From Octopus sinensis (Eukaryota), in NCBI RefSeq assembly GCF_006345805.1, contig NC_042999.1:34968001-35032000 (forward strand): a DNA stretch of 64,000 bases. Reading direction: 5' to 3'. Positions 39,743-52,452 of the stretch are shown one piece after another (the first letter of the stretch is position 1; each line of letters opens with the position of its first letter). The notes under the pieces are model-generated. The model did no database searches, was not told where the DNA came from, and saw nothing but the letters and a program-made list of their open reading frames with translations. Both the position numbers and the translations under genes were made by a program.

Positions 39743-40469
39743 TATATATATATATATATATACGACAGGCTCCTTTCAGTTTCCGCCTACCAAATCCACT
39801 CTTTGGTCGGCTCGAGACTGTATTACAAGAGACTCGTCCAAGGTGCCAGGCAGTGGGACTGAACCCGGAACCATAGGATCTGTTACCACCAGCTTCATCC
39901 CGCCCCTCTATTCCACTACGCCCCACTCTACAATCAAATATCTTGTACACGGGGTAGACTTTTTGGTCAACTAAGTCACAAACCAAGCGGCATAATTCTA
40001 ATTCACTTAATATTGTTTCCCTTTTTGGTTTTCATCTGAGTAGGTTCATCCATGAATTTCGTCCCAATTTCTTATAACAGCCCTAAGCCCCTTAACCCGA
40101 ATGTCTCCGTTTCATGCATCCAGTGGCAAAGAGCCTGGGCCATATTCTTCCTTTCAACCATGAAATGTATAAAACGTTACATGAATGAATAGTAAACAGT
40201 TTTGTAGCTATAGACAAAAGAGGGAATCATAAAAAATAAAGCCACCCACCATTAGAAAAGGAATATTCCAAGGAGAGTCGCTCACTCCACTCCTTTACTG
40301 CCTCGCTCTGACGCCTTTAACCGACATGCTAAACAGAACGGGATATGGATATATCTGCTATAGTAAAACAACCAACAATCTCTTGTATATGCATGATCTA
40401 AAACTATACTTATATCTGTATCAACAGATGCTTGCGTAGTATACTTTAAATTAGTTGGCCCGAACACAT

Positions 40470-40770
40470 AAGCAATATGGAGCAATGGCAAAGAACAAAT
40501 CAAGTTTCGATAAGGGAGCAAATACTTAAGAAAAAGTGGAAGTGGATTGGTAGAACAATTAGAAAAGAAACTCCAAATGTAGCGAAAAGTGCTTTAAAGT
40601 GGAAACCGGATGGATATAGAGAGGTAGGCCTAAGAACTCGTGGCGTAGATCAACACAAAATGAATTAGAGAAAGGGGGACATTCATGGCAAAGTATTAGT
40701 ACAGAAGCGAAAAATTATGCGACATGGAATTCAACTATAAGTGGCCTATACTCCGCGTTGGAGGGTTATA
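40470..40770 (+). mobile_element. RTE-clade LINE 3' fragment
   Basis: KKKWKWIGRTIRKETPNVAKSALKWKPDG..GRPKNSW motif. Confidence 0.75.
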
Positions 40771-40829
40771 GGCAGGGGAGAAAAACTGTATACAGCAATT
40801 GAGAGAAAAAAAACTGGAAACATTGCGAC

Positions 40830-41010
40830 AGAGCATGGATTTACCAAAGAAATAGATATGAAATTCAGCTTAGGGAAATGTGTCAAAAGCAACCTTGAAA
40901 AGAAGAAAACTGGTTCAGAGTAACAATATTACATTAGATAAAGAAAAATAAGTGAATTAGATCAATGCCAAACATACAGATACTTAGGAATAAATGAATC
41001 AAATAAGGTA
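40830..41010 (+). mobile_element. R4/Dong-type RT fragment
   Basis: DMKFSLGKC...TYRYLGI. Confidence 0.65.
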
Positions 41011-41256
41011 CAATCTGTTACTTTTCTTAATCTTACATGTCACATACAGAAGATGTGCATTAGGAGCTATCCCTAATCATTTGGGCAGATGGATAGAGGA
41101 AATAGACATAAAACCAGTTTAGTACAGCTCCAGAAAACTGTTATTAATGATGGTTAGGATACTTGTTGCAGCCTGATGTTAGGAATTTTTGTTTTCCAAC
41201 ACACTAATTTGTTGTGTATATGAATAATAATAGTAATAATAATAATTATTATTATT

Positions 41257-41802
41257 GAGTGAGAGAGCAGTGCATGCCATCAAAGTGACACTAGGGTAAA
41301 ATATACGAAGCCCAGTATACCCATCATGACTACCCGTCTGATAAGAGTACACCAGGCACATGCATCACAACCATGTGTGCGCGACATGATGATCTCATAT
41401 CTAGATAAACAGCACATGACCTTGCAGGTGGGGCCCAGTTAGAATTTTCTTCAGGTCGAGTAACCCATCCCACTCGAACGGTCCCTGAATAAGGGTTGTT
41501 TAAGGATGTTGAAAGAACCACCCATGTTTCCAGAGGTGAATTATTCAAACCCCAAAGAATCCCTCTCAACACATGGCTATGATGCTCCCCCACTACTTCT
41601 GCTCGTGATCAGAGATGCACATATCGTCAGCCACTAAGGGACATGCTCAACTGGTTAAGGTCAAACAACTGACAAGCAAATCTGTGGTATTGAGCAGAAT
41701 ATTTGCTGTAGCCCATCTTTTTATACCAAGACAAAGTAATGTACATGATGACACTTCCAATCAGTTAAGATCTGAAGCCATGAGAGCCACTGCCTGGTAC
41801 TG

Positions 41803-41803
<1 letters not shown>
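41257..41803 (-). mobile_element. Non-coding ~550-bp element inserted in (AAT/ATT)n
   Basis: Triplet repeat directly on both sides; second copy at 36380; no ORF, TIR or tRNA head seen. Strand is inferred. Confidence 0.7.
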
Positions 41804-41889
<86 letters not shown>

Positions 41890-41932
41890 TATTATCATTA
41901 TTATTATTATTATTTAGGAGAATGGGACTAGG

Positions 41933-42063
41933 CAATTACATCAACCCCAGTGTTTTACTGGTACATAATTTATCGACTCCGAAAGAATAAATAGCAAAGT
42001 CGACATCGGCGGAATTTGAACTAAGAACGTAAAAGCAAACGAAATGTCGCTAACCATTTTGTC
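41933..42063 (-). mobile_element. SINE family B fragment
   Basis: actggtacataatttatcgac...aaagtcgacatcggcggaatttgaact. Confidence 0.75.
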
Positions 42064-42399
42064 TGATATACGATTGTCTGTTGGTGGGGTTCTAACCCAC
42101 AGTGCTTCATCCAATAATATATAATGCGCTTAATACTAATCAAGTGTTACTCCTATTCTCCTCTTCCTGTACTCCTTACGCAGAAACCTACTATAGCAGT
42201 ATGACTGAAAAAACTGTTTGTCAACTTTTCAGTTTGTCACTTAATTCTCTGTTGGTTCGGAAAACTGCAACACTGTCTGCTATCATCTGCTCGAACGTAT
42301 TGTTCGTGAAATATATTACACACACACTCACACACTCACATACACACAACACACACATACACATACACACAGACACACACGCTTACACATTTATATATA

Positions 42400-42443
<44 letters not shown>

Positions 42444-42546
42444 ATAAATGGATAAGTATGTATCTATACGAAGAATATGTACATTAATACGTGTTTTATA
42501 TATATACATGTGTGTATACATGTGTATATATATATGTATATATATA

Positions 42547-42634
<88 letters not shown>

Positions 42635-43120
42635 GAAACATTTTATATATTTGTGTGTGTCACTAACTTTAGAAAATATGCGACAGTTCAAAGCATCAAA
42701 GACAATGATTTTCTATATTCGAGAAAAAAGACAACACAAATGTTTAATATTGCATGAATCAACAGAAAATACTGCTGACAGATTACAGAAAAAATAGTAA
42801 ATAATCATATTCCAATGTGACTAGCTAATGTCTGCAGTTTATAATAGAGAAATAGTAGTTATGCGAAGAATAGCTTGAGTAAATTCAGGTAAGGATAAAG
42901 AAATAGTAAAGTCAATAAAATGGAAAATATTCAATTTGATTAATAAATGATCTTATATGAAATATTTTCTGGAGGAAAATGGAAACAATGATTTAACTAT
43001 TATTAGTTATACATAAAAATAATAAATACAACTGATGTTTTAGAAAATAATCTAAATCAAAATACTTTTATGTTATGAATAGTAACTAACAAAGGTAAAA
43101 CTTAAACATTCTATCTTTCA

Positions 43121-43345
43121 TCTTTTACTTGTTTCAGTCATTGGACTGCGACCATGTTAGGGCACCACCTTGAAGGATTTAGTCGAGCAAATCTATTCCA
43201 GTATTTCTTCTTCTTTTTTTAATACTTGTATTTATTCTATCGGTATTTATTGCCAAACAGCTAAGTTAAGGGGAGGCAAACAAGTCAACACAGGTTGTCA
43301 AGCAGCGGTGGGGGTCAAACTCAAGCACAAAGACTTACACACAAA
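43121..43345 (-). mobile_element. SINE family C tail
   Basis: tcttttacttgtttcagtcattggactgcg... Confidence 0.75.
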
Positions 43346-43375
43346 TAGACATATATACATACCTGCTCACCTCAT

Positions 43376-43800
43376 TGCTTCAGACTTCATTGAAGACAGT
43401 CATACGTACTTTAAATGAGACCGAACAAACGAATGCACTACCCATCCTTGACATCTGCAGATTGAATAGCAAACTAAGTCCAACATCACCACACACACAA
43501 CTCCATCCCCATATAACTATCATTCCTTCCTCTCTATCCATCACTTTCCTCTCCTTCCCGCTAAATACACACAGAAATACCCACATAACTGAATCAACCC
43601 TCTCACTGGTCAAAACGGATAAACAACCGTCAGTTAAATAGCCATTAATGCTATATCACCTGAAGAAACGAATCCATGAAGATTATCTACCCGGTGCCCA
43701 AGAATACTACGGACCACACTGTAATTATCCAAGGAATTTGTCGAAACGCACGTAGCGATGCATTAAAATAGTTATCAACTCTATCCAAGAATTATTATTA
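43376..43800 (+). mobile_element. Internally deleted PLE relic with HHR
   Basis: ETEQTNALPILDI resembles the Penelope RT E.E....LPFLDV motif; HHR follows. Confidence 0.6.
43646..43765 (+). ncRNA. Type I hammerhead ribozyme-like motif
   Basis: UAAUGC..AUCAC-CUGAAGA-AACGAAUCC...GGAAUUUGUC-GAAA-CGCACG-UA-GCGAU-GCAUUA. Confidence 0.68.
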
Positions 43801-43966
43801 TTGCTGAGCTGGCAGAGTCATTAACACGCATTCGTGACATTTCGTTTGTCTCTACATTCTGAGTTAAAATTCCGCCTGTGGCTGTGTGATAAAGAAGCTT
43901 GCTTCCTCATAACATGGTTCTGCGTTCGACAAAAGAGACAGATAGTAAAATAGTAAAAGAATAATA

Positions 43967-44006
<40 letters not shown>

Positions 44007-44849
44007 TTGCTATAGCCACCTATATTATAATGTATTTAATATATCTTAATATATTAATATATTATCATAATATCTTATTGTATGTTACTATACATTTCAG
44101 CCGTTTTTGAATTTTACCACTAGCTTTTCAACGTTTTTTTTTTGTTCTCATGAACGAATGGGAGGTAGGCTTTATGTGTGTGCGTGTGTGTGTGTATGTG
44201 TGTGTGTGTGTGTGTTTGTGTGTGTTTGTGTGTGTGTGTGTGTGTGGTGTGTGTGTGTGTCTGTGTGTGTGTGTCTGTGTGTGTGTGTGTGTCTGTGTGT
44301 CTGTGTGTGTGTGTGTGTGTGTAATCAAGATTCAGTTGAATTAGTTACTTAAGTTGAGGCACGAAGCCAGTCTGGTATGGTCTGCACAGCTTGAAATAGG
44401 TGAATAAAAACCGTATAAGTAACAAGGATGCCCAGGTATCAGTGCACTACGGCCGCTTCAAGCGGCTCCATTTAATTGATCAATGAAAAGATTGCATTAG
44501 TTTGAAAAAGAAAACCGCCCCTCGAAGGCATATGACCATACAGATTTCCAACATACAGGATACACCATTACAATTTTTTAGCAAATTTTTATTAGTACTA
44601 GAGACTAAAATAATTACAATGATTTTCTTTGCTATTTTGGTGGTAGAATGGAATTCAGGAGGAAAGTACTTAAATCCTACTATAATTTAGAGTGACAGAA
44701 GTAAATACTAGGTGTCGAGAAAGAGGAATGGGGCCACACCTACATTCATCTTTATCCTTATCACATTCAAAGGACTCAACGCAGCATGTAATCTACAACT
44801 CCTTAGAATTAAGTCCATTGGGAATTGACACTTAAGTCCTTGTTGATGG

Positions 44850-46190
44850 TGATAAATTAATTAACGTCAGATATTCTCCCCTACTCCTATTTTACTGTAG
44901 CCCTAAGAACTAGTCATATCTACATAAAAGAATATTTCTCAGAAGATGCTAGTAAGATAATGATATATAGAGAAGAGTTGATGACCAGAAAGACGAAGGA
45001 CAGGGGTGACTTAATCTATTATGATTATCAAATAAAAGGGCCTAAAATGGAAAACAAAAGAGGTCACAATGAGATTTAAGTGTGGGAATTAAAAGTACGG
45101 GAGAGGATGTGTATCCAAAGTTAGCAAAATTTATATATTAAAATATTAAAGTATTTAAGAACCAAGTAAGAGAAGAACAAGAATAGGTAAGCCAACCTAA
45201 GGCCATAAAGATGGTGTACTTTTATGTATAAGAGAGATCTCACAATGCTTCATCCTAGCATAATGCTAAGGTGGTCAGGCTAAAATTATTCAACAATGAA
45301 CCTACAATTACATTCAGATATCATCCGATTGAATCAAAACCAAAGACTAAGGACTAAAGAAATGATAAATATTTCTATATCATGTAAACTTATTTAATAA
45401 CCTTGAACAAAATATATTTTTATAAAAAAATTATCAACAATATGAAAAATCCGAAAGGATATAAAAAGTTATAAAAATACCACATATATATATCCATAAA
45501 AATATCATATATACACATATATACACACATAAATATATATACATATACACACATACAATAAACATATACATATAAAATATATATACATAAATATTATATA
45601 TATATATATATATATAGTACAATTATAAATATAAATGTAAATAAATATAAACACCATATTGTATTATATTATACCATAATTATTATAGAGAGAAGTTACA
45701 ATCCCCTTCGCAATCCATAGAAATTACACCAGTGTATATAAGGTTATAAATATATATAAAATACAATAATATAGTACAAGATAAAAGGATAAATTAAATA
45801 TAATGAAAATTAATAAAGGGTTAAAAGAAATTGTATAAAATTCCAATAAAGAATTTGTAAAATAAAAAAATAAATAAAAATGAAGGTAAACATTTTACAT
45901 TGCGAATGTCATACAATGTATACCGGATATAAAAATAGAAAATTAAAGATAAGGATAAGACAATGTATTCATGACGAAAGCTAATTAAAAATATATAAGA
46001 TAGAATAAAATAAAATTACCATTGTATATGGTTTTATAAAATATTTATGAGATATAATATTACAGACACAGATATGTGTAGAATCATAACAGTTCACAGG
46101 AGGTGTATAATATACTATAGGGAAGCGTAAGATCTGGTAATCTATTGTAAATACACATATTATGACTAATAGGGAAGAAAGGATTAGAAC
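44850..46190 (+). mobile_element. Possible highly decayed PLE GIY-YIG end and AT-rich UTR
   Basis: VWELK and LLCIREI remnants only. Confidence 0.3.
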
Positions 46191-46204
46191 CAAAAGGGGA
46201 AATA

Positions 46205-46448
46205 AAGAAATATATAGTTCTTTACTACCCACAAGGGGCTAAACACAGAGGGGACAAACAAGGACAGACAAACGGATTAAGTCGATTACATCGACCACAG
46301 TGCGTAACTGGTACTTAATTTATCGACCCCGATAGGATGAAAGGCAAAGTCAACCTCGGCGGAATTTTGAACTCAGAACGTAACGGCAGACGAAATACGG
46401 CTACGCATTTCGCCCGGCGTGCTAACGTTTCTGCCAGCTCGCCGCCTT
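46205..46448 (-). mobile_element. SINE family B, young full-length copy
   Basis: 13-bp TSD aaaaggggaaata at 46192-46204 and 46449-46461. Confidence 0.93.
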
Positions 46449-46663
46449 AAAAGGGGAAATAGATAAATTTAAATATAGGAGGAATGCAAATTAAACAGGT
46501 AGGGGTTATGAGAGAACAATATTACATATAATTCCATACAATAGAAGGTATGTTATGAAAGATATGACACCCCAGGTAATTCTGCCACCAACTCATATGT
46601 ATAATACGTTTATATATTTGTTGTGCAAGATTTTTTATGTGAAGTCGTGTGTTGAAACAGATA

Positions 46664-46867
46664 TTGTTATATTTCGGAATGGTCATTTTGCCAGTTTAGC
46701 CAATAAAATCACACGCACTATATATTTGGTATTACTTTGCTTCTGGCCGAAATAAGATTAAGATTAATATAAAAACTAAATAACACTGAAGCAAAGTAAC
46801 ACCAAATATATAGTGCGTGTGATTTTATTGGCTAAACTGGCAAAATGACCATTCCGAAATATAACAA
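46664..46867. repeat. Near-perfect inverted repeat, ~80-bp arms
   Basis: ttgttatatttcggaatggtcattttgccagtttagccaataaaatcacacgcactatatatttggt / accaaatatatagtgcgtgtgattttattggctaaactggcaaaatgaccattccgaaatataacaa. Confidence 0.93.
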
Positions 46868-47210
46868 CATATGTATAATGTTATTTGTTTCTAAAATATT
46901 TGAAGGTACGAGTGCTCCTATGTACAAAAGATACTCTAAGGGGCAATCTGTTATTAATTAGGTTATTCTTGTCTCTATAGTTAAAAATTTCGTAAATTTA
47001 CGTTTTGGCTGGTTAGGTGTTATACAAAACACTTGCCCAATGGACCGTGCAGATTGATTTGGAACCATGTGGTTAAGAAGCAAACTTCTTACTACAGCAA
47101 CTACACCCGCACCTATAAACAGACATTAATATCATGCGCCAAATAAATGTTAATATGATCGACTGAAACACTTGAAAGTGATAATCCAGTATGACTGTAA
47201 TCCATTGACT

Positions 47211-47600
47211 TGGAGGCGCAATGGCCCAGTGGTTAGGGCAGCGGACTCGCGGTCGTAGGATCGCGGTTTCGATTCCCAGACCGGGCGTTGTGAGTGTTTA
47301 TTGAGCGAAAACACCTAAAGCTCCACGAGGCTCCGGCAGGGGATGGTGGTGATCCCTGCTGTACTCTTTCACCACAACTTTCTCTCACTCTTACTTCCTG
47401 TTTCTGTTGTACCTGTATTTCAAAGGGCCGGCCTTGTCACTCTCTGTGTCACGCTAAATATCCCCGAGAACTACGTTGAGGGTACACGTGTCTGCGGAGT
47501 GCTCATCCACTTACACATTAAGTTCACGAGCAGGCTGTTCCGTTGATCGGATCAACCGGAACCCTCGTCGTCGTAACCGACGGAGTGCTTCCATCCATCC
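47211..47600 (+). mobile_element. SINE family A, full length
   Basis: 12-bp TSD aatccattgact (47199-47210, 47601-47612); inserted into a decayed family C tail. Confidence 0.95.
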
Positions 47601-47877
47601 AATCCATTGACTAAACCCAAGTAAAACAATTAAATGAATAAATAGAAGCCAGACTTCTTACACATTTGTTGAGGGACATTCAGGAGAATGGATGTTTAGC
47701 AAATATTTATGATAGAAATCAGTTACAATGAGATTCACCAGATTAGTCAAGAAAGCAACGCTTAGAGAATTAATTTCCAGACTTTACATTCACTTCGACA
47801 ATGTTAAGTAGAATTATGTTTTGCTAAATTTATATGGCTTAATGCGAAAATGAAATTTTAAAAATCTGAATAAACGA

Positions 47878-48215
47878 GTAGGCACAGGCGTGGTTCTGTG
47901 GAGAAGAAGCTTGTGGTTTTGGTTCAGTCCTACTGCTCGTTACCTTGAGCAAGTGCCTTCTACTATGACCACTTCGGGCCGACCAGTTTCGGTTGTCAAG
48001 CGATGTTGTGGGGACAACAAGTGTCTTCTACTATAGCCTCGGGCCGACCAAAGCCTTGTGAGTGGATTTGGTAGACGGAAACTGAAAGAGACCGACAGAA
48101 TAAGTACTAGGCTTACAAAGAATAAGTTCTGGGGTCGATTTGCTCGACTAAAGGCGGTGCTCCAGCACGGCCACACACAAATGACTGAAACAAGTAAAAG
48201 AGTAAAAGAGTAAAG
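47878..48215 (+). mobile_element. Rearranged SINE family C copy
   Basis: Head, short inverted body segment, deleted middle, tail. Confidence 0.85.
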
Positions 48216-48293
48216 AGTATACATCCTTTTAATCAGAGGTATCAACACTACACCTTAATGGAACACAATATGGATATATTGAGAATAAACGAG

Positions 48294-48680
48294 TAGGCAC
48301 AGGCGTGGTTCTGTGGAGAAGAAGCTTGTGGTTTTGGTTCAGTTCTACTGCGCGTTACCATGAGCAAGTGCCTTCTAGTATAACCACTTCGGGCCGACCA
48401 AAGCATTGTGATTGCATTTGGTAAACGGAAACTGAAAGAAGCCCATATGTGCGTGCGTTTGTGCGTGTGCATGCGTATATTTACGTTTGTCACCCAACAC
48501 AGCTTGACAAACGTTATTGGTTTGACTTCGTCCCTCTAAACTAGCAGTTTGGCAAAAGAGACTGATAGAATGAGAACCAGGAATTTAAAAATAAGTACTG
48601 GAGTAGATTTGTTCGACTAGAACCATCTAAGGCAGTGTCCCAGCATGGCCACAATCCAGTGAGTGCAACAAGTAAAAGAT
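48294..48680 (+). mobile_element. SINE family C
   Basis: Head is almost identical to the 47878 copy, including the upstream flank. Confidence 0.85.
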
Positions 48681-48750
48681 AAACAATTTTGTGTTGAGTT
48701 AATCGTCTTATTTTAAGGTAAAGAATCTTGGATTCTATTCCACTAACATA

Positions 48751-49052
48751 CGAGATACATTCGAGAAGTTTTGCGACTTTTTTAGGAGAGGCGGTTATAA
48801 GTATCCTACTCTTTTACTCTTTTACTTGTTTCAGTAATTTGACTGTGGCTATGCTGGAGCACCGCCTTTAGTCGAGCAAATCGCCCCCCAGAGCTTATTC
48901 TTTGTAAGCGTAGTACTTATTCTATCAGTCTCTTTTGCCGAACCGCTAAGTTACGGGGACGTAAACACACCACCATCGGTGTCAAGCAATGTTGGAGGAG
49001 ACAAACACAGACATACAAACATATACACATACAAACATATACACACACATAC

Positions 49053-49095
<43 letters not shown>

Positions 49096-50435
49096 TACGA
49101 CGGGCTTCTTTCAGTTTCCGTCTACCAAATTCACTCACAAGGCTTTGGTCGGCCAAAGGCTATAGTAGAAGACACTTGCCCAAGGTGCCACGCAGTGGGT
49201 CTGAACCCGGAACCATGTGGTTGGTGAGCAAGCTACTTACCACACAGCCACTCCTACGCCTATCCTAGATTATTATAATTTTAGTATACCATTAAAATAC
49301 ATCAAATGAACTAACCTATTAACTGTTACTCTTCTAGATTAAAGAAGAGCTCTGTTACGGCAAAAACACACCCCATGAAACACTGCTTGTCACAGCTGAC
49401 TAGTTTGCAGAATGCAGTCAGGAGATTTGGAAGCTTGCTATGTAATAGTTTTGTGTTAAACTGGGCAAAAAATGCTATAGTAACTTATGAAATGCTCTAG
49501 ACTGTTTATAGATTAATATTTTTTCTTGTACAAAAGCTTCACGTACAGTAGAGATGAGTTGAGAGGCGATGAGAGGTATAAGAGGAAAAGAGGCGTCGGG
49601 ATGTTAGAGATGGTTGTAAGCCTAGTACATATTCTATCGATCTTTTTTGCCGAACCGCTAAGTTACGGGGACGTAAACACACCAGTATCGGTTGTCAAGC
49701 GATGTGGGAATAACAAGTGTCTTCTACTATAGCCTCGGGCCGACCAAAGGCTTGTGAGTGGATTTGGTAGACGGAAACTGAAAGAGACCGACAGAATAAG
49801 TACTAGGCTTACAAAGAATAAGTCCTGGGGTCGATTTGCTCGACTAAAGGCGGTGCTTCAGCAAGGCCACGCTCAAATGACTGAAATAAGTAAAAGTGTA
49901 AAAGATTAAAGACTATACATCCTTTTAATCAGAGGTATCAACACTACACTTTAATGGAACACAATATGGATATGTTGAGAAAATTCGCAATTTTCTAGAT
50001 GAAGGTCGTCGCGTATCTATAAAGAGAATAAGCATGCAGTTTGGAATTGATGTGGCAACTGTACATGGAATTATTCAAGAAAAAATTAACAAGCACAAGA
50101 TTTGTGCAAAATTTGTTCACTGAGCATCCTAGTAACAATCTACTTGATAGAGATGGGCATAAAAACTGTACCACATCCAACCTACAGTCCAGACATTTTG
50201 CCCTGTAACTTTTAGCCATTCCCCAATATGAAAGAGAACCTTGTAGACGGTCGTTTGAAGATGCAGGAGACCGTGACAAAGATCCGAGATACTTTCACAT
50301 TTTAGGACATCCATGACGACTTCATAAAGGAGCTGTAGCACTACAACAAGTACATTGAAGTCTCTTGGAGAATATCAGAGGGTTGTACTTCTTTGAAATT
50401 ATAAAATATAATACACGTCTATACTTTTAAACGTG
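48751..50435 (+). mobile_element. Decayed mariner element interrupted by two insertions
   Basis: tacgagatacattcgagaagtttt left end; FCVKLGKNAIVTYEML; HPTYSPDILPCNF (YSPDLAP motif). Confidence 0.82.
48809..49260 (-). mobile_element. SINE family C, full length
   Basis: 7-bp TSD tatccta (48802-48808, 49261-49267); internal (TA)n. Confidence 0.93.
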
Positions 50436-51220
50436 TGGTTGTCTATCGATATTTCCCTGATTTAAATTAAATTAGCTTTTCTTAAACTTTAGCTACAATC
50501 ATTGAATTAGAAACATTTTTTTGTCTTTGTTTTTGCCCCAATAAGAAACGAAACTTTATTAGATAAAGTTAAGAAAATACATTTTGTTATCTGAGCTGAA
50601 TTTATTAAAGCAAAATTTCCAAGATAACAAAATAAAATAGTCACACATTGATGAGGTCAACTTATTTTATTTCATTCAATTATTCTAAATTACTGATATT
50701 TGCAAGAATCAGATATGAACTGTGGATATCTAGATACTTTGGAATCATAATATTATTTTCTCGAAATAGCTTTCAATCTGCAAAATATTCAGTCAACTTA
50801 TTATACATTACGTCAGTTTAGTTCACAATATACCTACATATGCTTCTGTGAGAAGCAATCTACTAATCTACTGATAAGTGCCGATGAATTGAGATAGTAG
50901 TGATGCGTGTTGTTGCTATGGCCAACACAAACCCAAATTATCAATCCCACCAGGCTTTGATTAGGCAGCAAAGTATGGTATAGGTTATCGATGAATGATT
51001 TATTAACTAAGCTGTCCTACTTTGAAGAAGTGAAAATATTACGTAAGCGTAAGAGGTATATAGTGACTATTGGAAAGGTTGCTTGCTCAACATTATGATG
51101 ATCCCCTTCAAGCAGGTACAATGCTAAATGCAATGTTCCATTACCATGATGTGTTGTGCGGAATTCTTCCCATGCTATGATGGAAATGAGATACCTATGA
51201 TAGAAATGCTCACATACACC

Positions 51221-51661
51221 GTAGGAGTGGCTGTGTGGTAAGTAGCTTAGGCGTAGAAGTGGCTGTGTAGTAAGTAGCTTGCTTGGCAACCACATGGTTC
51301 CGGGCTCAATCCCACTGCGTGGCATATTGAGCAAGTGTCTTCTACTATAGCCTCGGGCCGACCAAAGCCTTGTGAGTGGATTTGGTAGACGGAAACTGAA
51401 AGAAGCCCGTCGTATATATGTATATATGTATATGTGTGTGTATGTTTGTGTGTCTGTGTTTGTCCCATCCCACAACATCGCTTGACAACCTATGAGGGTG
51501 TGTTTACGTCCCCGTAACTTAGCGGTTCGGCAAAAGAGACTGATAGGATAAGTACTAGGCTTACAAAGAATAAGTCTTGGGGTCGATTTGCTTGATTAAA
51601 AGGTGGTGCTCCAGCATTGCCACACTCAAATGACTGAAACAAGTAAAAGAGTAAAAGAGTA
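51221..51661 (+). mobile_element. SINE family C, full length with duplicated head
   Basis: gtggctgtgtggtaagtagctt repeated twice; canonical body and tail. Confidence 0.9.
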
Positions 51662-52302
51662 AATAGTTAACATCCTTTTAATCAGAGGTATCATCACTAC
51701 ACCTGAATGGAACACAGTAGGGATATATTAGTGTAATTAAAAGTCGTCTCCATTTTAAATTTCGAGACTATTTATCAAACAACTCGTCAACTCGCGACGC
51801 CAGTATTCAGATATTTCCTTTTAACATGTTAAATATAATAAAACATTTGAAAGTCTATCAAGTTTGCTTCCAACCTTAAATGCTGATGAAAGAAAACACG
51901 GAGAAATAGCAATGAAAATTGAGTTATATTCAAAATATGTTACCAAACGTATATGTTATTTAAAAATAGATAAATTAACTTATAGATATTAATTGAAATA
52001 CATATAAAGGTTCGTACGTATACAATTAAACACAGATGTAATTATATAAATATCGAAGCTACTTTCTTCATTTACCAAGAAAAATATCAATGTATATTAT
52101 GTTACTGTAACTGGTGTCGGAAATCTAAAAGCTACAGATCAAACAATTTAATTTAATGAAATTATTGAAACTTTGTTATCAATTCATAATTTCATTAATA
52201 ATTTACATTGTACAGTATGAATTTATAAGATTAGATACGTATACTTCTTTATACAAAACATACGTATGTTCGCTACTTAAATCATTTAGGTAAGTAAATA
52301 GA

Positions 52303-52452
52303 TGCATACATACATACATACATACATGCATGCTGCATACATACATACATACATACATACATACATACATACATACATACATACATACATGCATGCATAC
52401 ATACATACATACATACATACATACATACATACATGCATGCATGCATGCATAC
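52303..52452. repeat. (CATA)n/(GCAT)n microsatellite
   Basis: Direct inspection. Confidence 0.95.
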
